64,000 nt of DNA from Amoebidium appalachense (GCA_963693365.1 CAVNZM010000002.1:15409615-15473614); one strand, 5' to 3'; positions 36,686-55,609 are shown, counted from the first letter of the stretch. Notes: generated by a model from the letters alone, not told the origin. Translations and numbers: made by a program.

Positions 36686-38587
36686 CGATTGGCTGTGGTT
36701 GTTAAAGAAAAGGTGTAAAGGTGTATATTGGTACTTGGTGTGGCAGGTGTGCTTGGAATTTGCCGGAGCGTTGTAAGACATCTTGAGAGCTCTTCTTTCC
36801 TCTTTGGTGCTTTCCCCCTGCCCTCTCTTTTCTTTTTCTTCCTTTTTTTTTGTTTTTGTTTTACTGTTGTTTTCCCTTCATAAATAAAATGTACGTTTCG
36901 TTTCATGTCTCCCTTTCTTCCTCCCAGGCTGGCGTATGCTTATTATTTGTAATTCCTGACGCGTTTCTGTAACTGATTTTTTATTGGTGGTCAGAGACGG
37001 GAGTGTTTGCCACGTCAGAAATTCCATGGTGTGTCGTTCACTTACTAAGTGTCAATGGTTTGTATTATTGTTTGGGGTATTGTATGTGATCATTGAATGA
37101 CACACTGTTGTGTGCCTGCGCAAGGCCACGTGTGTATTAACAAATTCAAAACAGACTGAGACTTGAAGTTTGCACTATTTGGTGGAACGGTTGCCCACGG
37201 CAACATCCCCCCCCCCCCCCCCCCCCCTCCCCCCCTCCCCCCGCTTCCCCTCTCCATTCTCTCCCCCTGTCTATTAATGTGAAGGTGTGTTTCCAACTCG
37301 ATGGCGCCTCCCCTCTCCCCACGTGCGCACGCACCACACACACACACGTGTGTGGCGATGCACACACACACCCCAGTACGTGCACACAGTCACGCGCTCT
37401 GTGTGAGCCAGTGTTGCAAATCTCACACGTATTTTCTGTCTCGGTTATCTTTTTTGTAGTTGCTTGATTGTTGTTTTAGGTTTTTGGTTGTATTCTGGTT
37501 AGCTACTGTAATGGCCGTGTAATACTAGTAGCTACGTCAACAAAAAAATGATCTGTATCATAATGAACATATATTCATATCATCGACCCATGGACGTTGT
37601 GTTTCCGGGTTGGCCGGAGCTCCATCGGGAGCACTGCCAGTCAATGCCTGAGTTCCCGGGCCTATATCTATATTTGCTAGTATCGCTGCCACTCATGGTC
37701 AGGGCCATGGTGATATCGTACATAGGCCGGGAAGGCTTTTGTGTGGGGTTACGTAATTACTTGGGGTTGGGGTTGGGGTGGGGTGTGTGGGCGGGTGGGT
37801 GGGTGCACATGTGTGGGTGGGTGGGGACCGGGGGGGGAGGGGGGAGGGAAGGGGGGAATGCCCTGCATGATTCCAACATTATATCACGGTTGTGGATCAA
37901 ACTGCGGGTACTGGTGCACACACCCGGGCCCTAGGCCTGTATATTCGGCCTACGAATATAGGCATATCATGCGCATGCAAGTGGCACGATCGGGAACAGT
38001 TTAATAGTTTTTGATACTGGCACAGCCAGATCGAGTCCGCGTGAACGTTACCGAAACGGAGAGTCCGAACCCCCCGGCCCGCTCTAATATAGAATTAAAT
38101 TTCATTTTTTGCCTTGGTGTGGGCCTAGCCCAGACATCAGACTCTGATGGCCACCTACATGCACCATTCTTCTAAGTTTTTTATACACCATAACTGCAGA
38201 CACATTAAAAAATTAAAATTTAATAAACAGTGCTGTCTCCGTACAGCCTCATGATCAGAGAATTGGCTGCTTTGCACAGCATAGGCATGAAGTGCAGCTA
38301 TATATAGCATATTGGCCCACAACAACATGAATCGGCAGTTGTTTTAATCATAGCTATATATAGAGCTGGTGAGTGTCAGCAGGGAAGAACTAGCAATTCG
38401 GGTCGGGTCGGGTTGCATAAGGCCACGATCCGGGCCAGCTAGCAGGGTTGGGTTACACTTGCTTCGAAAGCAATCTTCATTGCATACCTGGAAGGGAGTA
38501 GAATGTGAGGAAGGCCCGGGATTGATTGGCCAACCGATGCAGCACAAAATGTTCTCGTACTAGCCTGCTCTCAAACGTACTCCCTAC

Positions 38588-43172
<4,585 letters not shown>

Positions 43173-43433
43173 TTTGTAGGACAGTATCTCGCACAAAAGA
43201 TTATACGCTGAGTTCTCTAGGTAGAACGTTCACCAGGTCTGTGGAATCTGCACTTGGACCGCTCCTGGGATGCTCAAATTTAAGGTTACAGAACCACTGC
43301 TAAGTTAACAAAATACCGTGTTGGTTTCAGTCAGATTCCCCCCTGTTCGGTTTTGTAGTTTGAATCTGAACAACAACAGAGAGTGTGCGAGCGAGGTCAA
43401 AAAAAAGGCTTTCTGCGCTATAAGGTGAGAAAA

Positions 43434-43531
<98 letters not shown>

Positions 43532-43593
43532 CGTGTGTGTGTGCCTGTGTGTGTGTGTGTGTTGCATGCGTGTGCGTGTGTGCGTGCTTGACT

Positions 43594-43631
<38 letters not shown>

Positions 43632-44525
43632 GTGCGTGTGTGCGTGTGCGTGTGTGTGTGTGTGTGTTGGGGGGGGGGGGGCGTGTGTGTATGTGTGTGT
43701 GTGTGATGTGTGTGTGATGTGTGCGTGATGTGTGTGTGTGAGTGAGGGAGTGTGTGTGTGCGTGTGTGCGTGTGTGTGCGCGTGCCTGAGTGAGTGAGTG
43801 TGTTTGTGTACGCGCGTGCGTGTGCGTAAGTGCGTGCGTGTGCGTGCGTATGCGTGTGTGTGTGTGTGCGTTTATATGATAAACAACACAGCTATACTAT
43901 GTACTCTAACCATTTCAAACTTGGAGAGCGAGACTGTCGTCGACGTCTAAACTTCGGAAACATCAAAGCGTCAAGACGATCCCCCCAGCCTCTCACGGGC
44001 ATGGGGAAAGTGAATTTATCGCTCCCCTGGAATGTGTTGCGCAGCTTGCACTTTATACCTTAAGACGTAAATTTTGTTATTTGAGCTCAAAAGTTAATAA
44101 ACGAAAGTTTGATTGGTTTAATTGCATTTTACTCAACAAAGGGCGAGCTGGGTACTGCAGCCTTGTGTCTGGCACAGATTCTCAGATTATTTTCTTTCAA
44201 AGTTTTGTGAGGTGTGGGGGGACTCTAAAGTGCGTGCGCAGCCAATCAGAAGAAACCAACTAGCCAACAATGTGGCATGAAAAAGTGTGAAAGTAAATGA
44301 AAATTACAACGCAAGTTTCTTCATATCATGCCAACTTTGCCGGGGGGCCAAACTCAAGATTTTGGCCAGGAGAGGGAGGGAGCTCAGTGAACGAAGGGGA
44401 AAGAAAACTGTTGCAAAGTTTTATCGCTATAGCAACCTTTATGTGTAAGATTATTTATCGCTGATACTATTTTGTTTTAACAATTGCATGGTTCAGCGGT
44501 GTAGCTGTGACTTTTAACTACGACA

Positions 44526-45942
44526 ATGTTTCTCCCCTCTTCCACCCTCCGACCGTTAGCGTGTCGGTGTATACACGCAGCCACACACAGAACCACGCTG
44601 TCACCCTTATTTCCACGTTTACTACGCACCCACACCAAAACAAGCAATGGCTTAGTTGCTCTCTCTGCAACACACCAAGCACACGCACACACAGACAAGG
44701 GGACTAACACTCACCCCTCCCCTCCTTCTACTTGTTGGGGCATTCTTTGTAGGAGGCGTTTTTTCACAGAGAAAGCATGTTGGGTGTGAAGGGGATGAGG
44801 CCAAGGAAGAGCAGACAGCACGTGGGGAAGGGTTATCAAGAAAACATACCGGATTATCGGCAAAACTCGGGTTTCGTGATTCAAAAGTGGCTGCATACGA
44901 AGATAGAATACGCAGGTTTTCAAACCCGGACAAGATTTTCCGTTACTTTGCTTCGAGAGAATGCGACGGCATCATATACATGAAAGCAGAGGACTTTGTC
45001 CGGTCCCTCGTTCCCAGTTCGTTGCAGCCTGAAGGTTTAGGGTTGGACTTGTACAAGAAGATAGCACCTGGCCGTGTTGAGTCGTCGAGACTGGAAAAGG
45101 TTCAGCAGTTCGAAGAGGACTCCGGTGCCTTATTCTTCCAGGGCCGCATCTACATCTCATACGCTGAATACATCTTTTTCCGGATGATTCTCTCCACCCC
45201 CGTGCGAAACTTCGAGGTGGCATTTAGGATGTTGGACCAGGACGGAAACGGCACGCTGGATAGGGATGAATTTCTTTCTGCCGTCATGGTTGCGCAAACG
45301 GGGAGCAGCATGTCCTCACGGCCACACCAGCTGGCCCGAGATTTGCACAGGTCACAACTCATGTTTGCATTGTTTGGACGCGACCCTGAAAGCAGGATTG
45401 ATCTTCAGCGGTATACGAAGTTCGTGAAACAGCTGAAGAAGGAAATAAGGCGGTTGGAGTATCAGGGACTAGCAGGGGGTGTGGAGGGGCGGCTGTCTGA
45501 AAAGCATTTTGTTACTTGGGTGACAAGAAACGCTAGCGGGAAGGTGAAGGAGAGGATGATGGAAAAGATTGAGGAATTACCGGAAGACGAGTACGTGGCA
45601 TGGACGGATTGGTACAAGTTTCACGAATTGTTGGACAGTTTGGATGAGGTAGCGGACGCCCTTGCCCTCTACTCGACGGTCGGATCATGCGTCGATAGGG
45701 CAACGTTTGGGAGGGCGTTTCGCGCGGTTTCCGGGGAGGAATTGAGCCCTCAAATGGTAGATTTGGCGTTTAAGATGTTTGATTTTAACGGGGATGGGTG
45801 TATATCCCACCGGGAGTTTACGAAAGTGATGAAGCTGCACCAGAGGAACAGCAAGCCCAAGGGGGGGGAGTTGGGTCTGCTTAGGGGTATGGCTAGCATG
45901 TACCACTGTATGGCTGAGAGGGTCAACTATATCCTCGACTAG
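44526..45942 (+). CDS. MICU1: Mitochondrial calcium uptake protein 1 (EF-hand regulator of the MCU), essentially single-exon; 5' end ambiguous
   Basis: ORF 44656..45942 contains GFRDSKVAAYEDRIRRFSNPDKIFRYFAS, IYMKAEDFVRSL, QPEGLGLD, ISYAEYIF, and EF-hands DQDGNGTLDRDEF and DFNGDGCISHREF. The only plausible targeting-peptide ATG (44526, MFLPSSTLRPLACR...) is in a different frame. Confidence 0.92.
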
Positions 45943-45975
45943 GGGTTTTTTTTTTGGGGGGGGGGGGGGGAGGGG

Positions 45976-46014
<39 letters not shown>

Positions 46015-46094
46015 GGACTGGCTGGGCAGGGAATGTGCAACCTTTTTTTTTTTTTTTTTTTTTTTGTGGGTGGTGGTGAGGGGGGGGATGAGGG

Positions 46095-46139
<45 letters not shown>

Positions 46140-46804
46140 CTTGTGTAGCCATACTTATGGGTTGAATAGGAATGAAGGTTTATGCCGAGTTAGGCAGTTA
46201 GGCTAATGTTTTTTGCTCTTCTATGTGACAAGGTGCGGGACACGCCTGCACACAGACGAATGTATTAAGGCACACACACGCACGTACAGAACACATCAAC
46301 ACACATGGCCAACGGTATGTAGAACGTATTTTCATATATTAATTCATCGAAACCCTCCTGATTATCATGATGGTGTATCTGTAACAAACAGAAACAACCA
46401 TATTGGTGCCCTATGAAGCAAAGTAACCTAAACAGCTACACCCCCCAGGAGTGCATTCAGTTGTGGACACGTTTGTGTGCAGATAATATGCATATATTGA
46501 TGATATAATGGTTGAAGTTGGCTTAATCTAAAGTTCTAGTGGTACAGGTAATACAATAGTATGTGATACATAGTGGTAGGTACCTAAGTATAGGTCGCCC
46601 TATATGCATTTAATTTATGTTGAAGACCAATGTGTATACTTCAATTTACATAGTTGAAGATCTATGAAGAAATCCAGACTGTATACATCGACCAGCCGTG
46701 GTATTCCAGTCTTCTGCTCCCCAATCTCCCCCCTCCCCCCTCCGCGCCTCCGCACCTCCCCCTCCCCCTCCCCCTTCCCCTCCTCCCCCTCCCCCCTCCT
46801 CCCC

Positions 46805-46845
<41 letters not shown>

Positions 46846-48071
46846 GGCCCCTTTGCCTCATGCACCTATCCACCTCAACCCCTAGCCCGCAACCATCACC
46901 ACCACAAATACCTGCCCACCTCTAACGTTGACCCCCCTCACCAACCCCTCTGTCCTCCCCAGGCCCCATGCATATGCTGCAGCTGCCAGTGTGTGACACC
47001 TGGTTCTGTGCATTTCATCTCGCGAGCCTCCCGTCGGCTCAAACACAAGCATATCACAAATCTTTATACCCCCCCCCCCCCCCCCCCCCCCCCCCTCCCC
47101 CCCCCCCCCTCCCCACAACCCCCTGTGCCCCTCCCCATCCCGGGCCCGGGCTTGGGGCACCACCACCCCATTAATTGCAATCACTCACCCGGCCGGCCCG
47201 GGCCCATGCACCGCAAATACAAAAACCGTTTCAAACGCACGTAACTGAGAAAAAAAACGCTCATGCGCGCTTGTGTGCGGGGGGAGGGGGGAGGGGGGGG
47301 GGCACATCGAGATCTCATGCGCGCGGGCGCACCCGTGTGTCGATGTGTGCGGGGCCGAGCCCGGGGAGAGAGAGAGAGGGGGGGGGGGGGGGGGGGGGGG
47401 AGGGGGAGGGGTCCGAGGGGCTCGATGTAGGTAAAAGGCATGGGTTTTCATCAAATTTATTTGCATCACGGATGAGGAGTGCTTTTTCATCTGGAATATT
47501 GAGATTTCCTACGAAGCCCCTAATGTTTTTATCGAATGGTATGCCGTATATCACAGCTTCCTTATCATCTCTTGTGAAACTTGAATGCAAACCTGCGCAT
47601 ACAAAAAACAAGAGTGCCACTGCCTTAATCGATAGGTCTAAGTAGGCAGAAAACAATATTGGACACACGAGATCCCATTACCCGAATAACGAACGGATAG
47701 CTGCCTTCATCTTCCGATTTGGACTGCAAAAAAAAAGAAAATAGAAGACGAAAAAGAAAAAAGAAAAAAGGCAATCTCCGAGGGCCGGAAAAAACAAACA
47801 AACAAACAAACAAACAAACAAACAAAAAAAAAAAACAAAAAAAACAAAAAACAAAAAAAAACACGGCCTCTATAGGCACGTGCTCTTTTTTAAGCATTAT
47901 CATCTCGAGTCTAGCTTGGCCTAATGCTCAAATATGGCAAACCTCTTAAGTTACCCTTTAGTACGCATGATGTCATGCCAATCACTAGCCAGATTTAAGC
48001 TTGACTATAGGGCTCACTTATCTCCCACGGGGCCCTTTACCTAAACTTCTTTTTAGCATTACTGCCTATTC

Positions 48072-48873
48072 TTAGATGTGGTCCAGCCCATATAGCAGGT
48101 TGTTGGCCAGCATCATCAGGCCCACCAAAGGCAGCCAGGCCTTTTGGAGGCTTTCAGACCCCCACGCCACAGACCCCATCACCAGGCAAATTTCCTGCAT
48201 GTGCACACGGTGGTCAGAAACATATTTCTCTGCAAAAATGTAAAGTGTGCAACTGGTGCGTAAACTATGGGGTGGTCAGAGACATATGTCCAAGCTGCGA
48301 CATTAGGAATGACCATGAGACACTTTTAGCTGATTGGTTGGAATCATAGCAGCCGTAAGCCAGCATCTGATGTTGCTTTGGCCATGGCCAGATGGCGACA
48401 CAAAGCTCAAGGACCGTGATTGTGGAGGGCGCTCGAGTTCTCGAAGAAAAGCTTGTTCAGACAAAGCGAAAAGAAGGAGCGCATTGAAGCCCAGCATGCA
48501 GGCAGACGAAACGAATGGTTGTTTTCGCTTTACGCACCTGTTTGCCAGGAGCATTTGCCAACACAGCGTTTGCCAATATACCAAAATTCACGAAAAGACT
48601 CTCGCCTTGAATGCCGCGCCAAAATTTTATATTATGTCTGGTTATTTTGATTGGCCAATGAAGCACCATGAAAGCATTGATTCCAACCAATCGGGTAAAA
48701 GTGGCTCATGGTCGCAGCTTGGACATACGTCTCTGACCACCCCATAGTTCAGTGGGTATATGTGCGTGAAAGCAAACATAGTTGGAGAAGGGGGAAGGAG
48801 GGGGGGGGGGGGGGGGGGGGGGGGGAGGGGGGGGGGGGGCTAAAATTAAGGTATTGCAAACTGCAAGTAACCG

Positions 48874-48913
<40 letters not shown>

Positions 48914-50005
48914 AGTTGATCACACACCAAACATAGGGTGTTCGAAAACTTGCTAAGAACCTTGAGAAACAAGAGGCGGGAGAGAACAGGAGTAGGGGAT
49001 TTGCAAACAAACATGTCCTTGGAGGGAGCCGAGGGGGGGGGGGGGGGGGGGGGGGGGTTGCATACGGTGAGGGATGCATAAGTTGCAGCCTTTGCAGCAG
49101 CCACATCCCCCCACTGGGAAAGAAATGCCCTCAGGCCACTGTGCAGCAGGAGTGCACACAGTGCCTGCATGCTGTAGCGCCCTGTGGGGGTAAGGTCCTG
49201 GGGGGGAAGGGGTTAGCTATTTTCCAGAAGAAGAAAAAGAAAAAGAGAGGGGGGGCGGATGGGGGTTTAATTCCTTCATGAAGATGGGAGATGGGAAGTA
49301 AAGACGGGCGCCGCGAGTTGTTTTCTTTTCAGAAGACCAAAAAAGAAAGAGAGTACCGCAAAGCGGCAGGGGGGAGGGGGGGGGGGGGGGGGGGGGGCTA
49401 AAAATTTCCCAGAAGAATAGAATGAAGAAAGGAAGTGGGGTGGCGGGGGGGGGGGGGGTAGATAGTTTCCAGAAGAAAGAACGAGGGGGGTGGGGTGGAG
49501 TGGGTGGGGGGTGGGTGGGGGGAGGGGGGAGGGGGGTGCGGCTTAGACAGAAGAATAGAATAGACGAAGGAAGGCGGGGGGAGGCGGCAAATGTTTTCCA
49601 GAAGAATAGCATTACGACAGAAGAACGGCGGCGGCGGTGCGGGGGGAGGGTGGGGTACGAAGTGAACAAAGATCATTGCGTAGTTAATTTCTGACAATCA
49701 CAACTTTCAATGCCAGAAAACCAGAAACACCAACAAAAAACCGAGCATAATGAGCCTCGCGGAGCGGAGCAAGGGGTGAGTGTGGGCACATCAAAGTGCA
49801 CACGGTACACACAGAGGCAAATACCTTGCCACTGCTAGCTAGCTCGGGGACAAGGAAGTAGGCAGTGGCCACACACAGGCACACAAAGAAGTGCCGGCTG
49901 AGGCTGGCCTTGACTTTGCTCTGTGGCAAAAATGCGGTAAACGGGTTAGAAAATGCTGAACATTGTCTTGAAGGGTGGTGGGCACACATCTGTCATTTCT
50001 TGTTC

Positions 50006-50038
<33 letters not shown>

Positions 50039-50934
50039 TTACCCGCCCCTCCCCCCATCTCTCATTGCCTTCTCCCCCCCCCCCCCCCCCCCCCCCCCCC
50101 TCCCCCCCGCCCCCTCCCCCCCCCACCCTCTCCCCCCTCCCCGCTCCTCCCCAACGCTTGTCTCCCCCATTCCCTCCCCTCACCCCACACCCCCCCCAAT
50201 CACACTTTCTGCTCCATGGACATCTCATCCACCTTCGTCCCTATACAACACTCATGTGTCCCTTTCTCTACTTCTTTCGATGGCCCATGGCTGATTTTAG
50301 CACGGTTTGAACGTTTTCGTCCCCCAAAGGTTCTTGGCCCAGCAGAATGAAAGCAAAGACGAAAAACAGTCATAAATACAGCTCTAAAATGGCAACCAAC
50401 TATGGAAGGCAAAAAGAAGTGAATTGGAAAGTGTAGGTGGTGTGTGGATGTGTGTGTGTGTTTATGTGGATGGATGAGTGTGTGAATGTGTTGCACGTGC
50501 TAGGGTGTTTGGATGTATGTCCACGGTCTTGTATAGGTGTACGTGTACATGTACATGTACGTGTGTGTGTGTGTGCGTGCGCGCGTGCACCCGTGTGGAT
50601 TCGCGTGTTTTTTGCTTTTATGTGTGTGTGTGGGGGGGGGAAGGTAAGGCAAGTACGACACCGACAACCAAAAACAAGCCACATGTGGGAAGAGCACAAC
50701 AACCTGCAGCAAACAACACAATCAAGCAAAATGATTAAGAAAAGAAAACGGTGGGGGGAGTGGTGGTGGTAATGGTGGTTTCCCCCCCCCCCCTGGGGGG
50801 GAGGGGGGATTTGAAAGTGTCATAAAGTACGAAGTACACAAGGAACAACGCATAACACGATGCAGAGTGCAAAACCACACATAAATAAAGAGCATGCATA
50901 ATGAGCAGAGTCCATCCTCCGGGGGGGGGGCCCA

Positions 50935-50970
<36 letters not shown>

Positions 50971-51548
50971 ACTGACATTTTTTGGAAGGGTGGATGTTTT
51001 TGGTGCCGGGAGGGAGGCCATGTGGTATAGGGAGCCAGCAACCTCCACACTCAAAACGATGGCTTGGATGAGGTAGGTCTCCGTGGGGGTTATGGTGGAT
51101 GAGAGGTGGAGGGTGAGCATGCACCACAGCATGCACAGTGCTCCCTGTGTGTGTATGTGTGTGTGCGCGCGCGCGGGAGGGGGGGAGAAGAAGGGGGGGG
51201 GGGGGGGGGAGGGGAAGAGGTGTGGGGGAGTAGAGGAAGGAGAGGTTGTTCGTGTGTGTGTTGTGTGTTGTAAGTTGGGTGTGTTAGCGTGTGAGTGTGA
51301 GTGTGCTGTGTGCTACTAGAAGAAACGGCACCACAGCGAGAGATGGTAGATATGGGAAAAACGGGGGGGGGGGGGGGGGGGGGGTGATGGAGATGTGTTA
51401 AGGAAGCTAGTAACATTCTTTGATCAATCTTCTGAGTGAATCTGCAGGCAAGCCAGGGGGGGGGGGGGGGGCTGCTCATTCTCTTGCGACTAATATTCTT
51501 TGTTGGCAGGTAGGAGTGGTGGTGGGGATGGATGGGTGGGTGGGGGGT

Positions 51549-51587
<39 letters not shown>

Positions 51588-51870
51588 AACAAATGAAAAG
51601 TGTTCAGTTCGAGACAAGAACACAAAAATTTCCCCTCCTTAACCACCCCCCACCCCATCCCACCACCACATCCATCAACACACTCTAAAAGATACAAAGG
51701 GCGCAGGCCTGCCAGTCACCTACACAGACTTACATACATGCAATCATACTCACTCTTTCTTCCTCCCCATCTACTGTTTTCTGGGAAAAAAACAACCATT
51801 GTCGTCTTTCCGTTTTTTTTTCTTTTCTTTTCTTACTGTGGGGGAGAGGGGGAGGGGGAAGGAGATGGGT

Positions 51871-51931
<61 letters not shown>

Positions 51932-52082
51932 ACCATTGTACGTGCAGCCAAATGTGCCCAAAGGGCAGACTGGGGGGCAGCAGCCACACGGATACGGGCA
52001 ATGGCTATGCCTGAGCCCACCAATAATGCACCTTGGACACGGGTGGCTGTGAGGGACAGGTCACCTGTACGTGTGTGTACGT

Positions 52083-52116
<34 letters not shown>

Positions 52117-53035
52117 GGGGGGGGGGGGGGGGGAGGGGGGTAGATGTACGTGTGAGTGTAGATGTGAGTGTATCAGTGTGTGTGTGTGTGTGTGTGAGTG
52201 TGTGTTTGTGTTTGGTGTGCGTGTGTGAGTGTGTGTGAGTGAGTGTGTGAGTGTGTGTGTGTCAGCACAGGGTCCATCCGTGGGTGAAAAAGGGGGGTAA
52301 GGGAAAGGGGAAAAGGGATGGGGAAGGCAGAACGGAGAGGGGAGGGGGGGGGGGGGGGGGGGGGGGAGGGGGGGCTAGGTGGGGGTTTTGCGTGGATGCA
52401 AGTTCGAGGGTACGTGTTTTTTTTTGCTCTGTGTGTAGATTGTTTCGAATGACGTGTCTATGTGCAGACATCTTGTACATGTCGTGTATGTGTGTGCCTT
52501 CAGAAAATTCTAAGCAAGCAAAACGACGAGTAATCCGAGCAGTTTGTGACAAAGCTATGCCTGTGCTAGCTGCCAAGATAGGGGCTAGCATTCCATTTTT
52601 CGTATGTGTTTGTGTCGGTGGTGGTGATTGTATGTGTGTGTGGGGGGGCGACGGGCAGGGGGTGGAGATGGGAGGGGCGGGGGAGGGTTAGCAAGTCAGG
52701 CCATTGCATATTAGTGAACCCGATACTTCCAATCTTGAGCGATTGCCCCAAAAGAAGAGAATTTTACAATTTGAAAGCACGATGTATAAAAACTCCCTCC
52801 CCCTCCCCACCACACAAACACCCATTCCCCTCCCCCCCCCCCCTCCCCCCCCCCTTCGTCCTCCTCCCCCTAAAAGGATCCCCGCCCCCGCTCCGGCGGC
52901 CAACCAACCCCCCCATGAACCCCGGCATGTGTGGTTGAGGTATCTGGGGTTGAGAGTTTTTGGCCGAAGTTTGGGTGTGAGTGAGTGCTGGTGGCACCTG
53001 CAGTGGCCGGCGGCGGGGGGAGGCCGGGGGAGGGA

Positions 53036-53075
<40 letters not shown>

Positions 53076-53320
53076 AGCTGAAATTTCCACACACCAGTGT
53101 CTGCACTTGACCCCAGCAGTGTGTTCAGATACTTGGCCGGGTCAAAAAACATCAAAAACCCCGCAGCCACCGTGGCCACCAGGTCGACCACCAGCCTGCC
53201 CTCCCTGCCCGTGGTGATGGCTATAAATAGCATCGTGGCTATGAGGGTGCCTCCGATCATCCCTTGGGAGTTGCTGCCCCCCAGGGCCCCGTAGTCAACA
53301 GTGGCTGCTTCTTGACTCAT
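48072..53320 (-). CDS. Uncharacterised multi-pass membrane protein, ~291 aa, 6 exons, apparent internal duplication
   Basis: Exons 53320-53095, 52064-51934, 51144-50977, 49920-49825, 49197-49066 (branch point GCTAAC) and 48194-48072 are GT-AG and phase-consistent (876 nt). About 8-9 hydrophobic segments by eye. Confidence 0.8.
50808..50935 (-). repeat. 3' half of the dispersed intronic element
   Basis: Reverse complement GTGGGCCCC...GGAGGATGGACTCTGCTCATTATGCATGCTC...TGTGTACTTCGTACTTTATGACACTTTCAAATCCCC aligns by eye with 63115-63235. Confidence 0.85.
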
Positions 53321-54817
53321 CCTGCTGTTCGTGAGTTGGTGTATTAGAAGGGGAGAGTCGGGAAGTGGTGGTGGCGGTGGTAGTGGTGACGTTTATGGTG
53401 GTGGTGGTGGTGGGGAGGGGGGGCGGAGGGGGGAGGGGGGGGGGGGGGGGGTAGATGAGGGCGAGAGTAGACGGACGGAGGGAGCATGGGAATAGAGTAA
53501 GGGAGTGGTATGCCATGCGTAAGAGAAGAGTGGATCTTGTGAAGAGGGTGCAGGAAAAAAAGGGGTGGATCGTACGGTGAGCGGGAGTAAAAGGTGTATG
53601 GGTAGGAGGAGAAAAAGGGGAGGTGGAAGAAAGGATGAGGTTATCCAAAGCGGGCGTGGGCGGGTGGGAGGGGGGATAGGGGTAAGAATATGTGTGTTTG
53701 CGTTGCTGATGGGGTGAAAAATAGCTATAAAAAGGAGAAAAGAAAAGGCCGTGTGAAGAATTCCATGATGGTTGCCAATTATTACCTGTGGGAATCAAGA
53801 GGACGGGAAAGGGGGAGGAGGAGAGCGGGGGGGGGGGGGGGGGGGGGGGAGGGGGGGGGGGAGGGCCGCGGGGGCGGGGAAGGGGGGGGGGGGGGGTGTT
53901 TCGAGAACTCGTGTGATTGCGTTACTGATCGGGGAGAAAAAATCGTGTTATGTTTATGTGCAAGCGTGTATGTACGTGCGTATGTATGTATGCATGTGTC
54001 CATGTATGTATGTATATATTTGTGTGCCTGTGTTAGAGTGTGTATGAAGGGTGGAGGTGCGTTGGGGGGGGGGGGGGGGGGGGGGGGAGGGGGAGGGGGA
54101 GGGGGGGGGGGGGGAGTGGGGGGAGGGGAGTAACGGGAGGGGGGGGGGGGGGGGGAGGAGAGAGGGAGAGAGAGGGAGAGAGTGAGTGAGAGAGAGCGAG
54201 CCAGAAAATTAAAGGGAAGGAGTGAAGTCGCATATATACAGAGCAAGGCAAGAGAAAAGCGATACCAGGGAGAAAATAAGTGCTGTGAACACCGCAACGT
54301 ACAAGGTCACTCAAAAATCAGCGAAATATACACTATGCTTTCAAAACTCACACTGCAACTCAGTCCTTGCTTTGTACTAAGTGCCCAACAACCCTTTTGC
54401 AAGAGCGTAATATTGTGAAAAGTGTCGATTGTAATCCAACCTACCTCTGTTTCACGCCTCACTTCTCAAAAACAATATAGGTATACTCCTATACCTACTA
54501 TTCAAACATGTTATACACGGGAGCGGACTATTTTCCACAATAATATATAATAAGTTTGAAGCTGTGCAACGGACGCACCGTTGTTTTTGCTTGATACATG
54601 CGTGACAGTAAACCAATCATTGAGCGACATAACCAGAAAGCAACCGGTGAAAATTGGTGATGGTAGGGCTGTGTGAATGGCTCATCGTTCTTCTTTGACC
54701 CAATCAAAGCAGTAATAAAAGTATTATAAAGTTTGATTCGCCTTTTATCATGTGTCAACAAGTTATGATTGCGTCACAGTGGGAGTGCCTATCCACATGT
54801 GTTTGCTAACGTGGCAG

Positions 54818-55609
54818 ACACATGTCGTACCCCCCATTTCCGGGGGTTTTTTTTATCTCGTGAATAATGCAATCGCTTGCATCCAACCCGATCGCATTTC
54901 GATCGAAGCGCCCCGACCCTTGCACCAGCCCCATATTCGCGCGACCCGGCATCCGATTTTGCTGCAGTGCGGCCGCGCAAGGCTACATTTTGCCAGATCC
55001 GGCCCGATTACAGAAAGAGCAGTTTGTACCATAACGCTAAATCTGCATGTGCATGTATAACGCAAAAGCAATACATGTGCAAGGCTTTATTTTTGCTTTA
55101 ATCAGATGACAAGGCTGTTTTCTTGAAGACACGCCCAGGTGCATACGCCTCGTCGTGGTCATAATCTTCCGGTATATCAATCCCAGAAGCGGGGGCTGAC
55201 TCTTTAACGCGATTTTCATTGGCTGTAGCGTGATTAGACGACACACTTGCATATGACTTCTGCAAGAAGCCGGAGTTGCGACACGCATACAGGGATTCGT
55301 TATCCTCCGGCTGTAAATAACACTTTTGCCTATGCTCCATCAAGAATATTGCTTACATGTAGCCGATAAAATATCCACATGATCCAGCAAAAGCCGGGAA
55401 CAAAGTAGTCTTTCTGTAATCGGGCCGGATCTGGCAAAATGTAGCCTGGCGCAGCGGCACCGCAGCCAAATCGGATGCCGGGTCGCGCGAATATGGGGCT
55501 GGTGCAAGGGTCGGGGCGCTTCGATCGAAATGCGATCGGGTTGGATGCAAGCGATTGCATTATTCAAGAGATAAAAAAAACCCCCGGAAATGGGGGGTAC
55601 GACGTGTGT
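54818..55609. mobile_element. Non-autonomous DNA transposon, 792 bp, with ~200-bp terminal inverted repeats and a 4-bp target site duplication (GCAG)
   Basis: 54818-55018 and 55409-55609 are near-perfect reverse complements (ACACATGTCGTACCCCCC... / ...GGGGGGTACGACGTGTGT). GCAG flanks both ends (54814-54817 and 55610-55613). Confidence 0.9.

Noticed and set aside
47315-47903. Minus-strand coding-like pieces (SKSEDEGSYPFVIR; DKEAVIYGIPFDKNIRGF)
   Set aside because: Splice phases could not be reconciled without a stop and no family was recognised; possibly a relic.
49825-49830. GC-AG donor needed to fix phase in the membrane-protein gene
   Set aside because: A canonical acceptor at 49198 with a GCTAAC branch point restores the frame with the strong GT donor.
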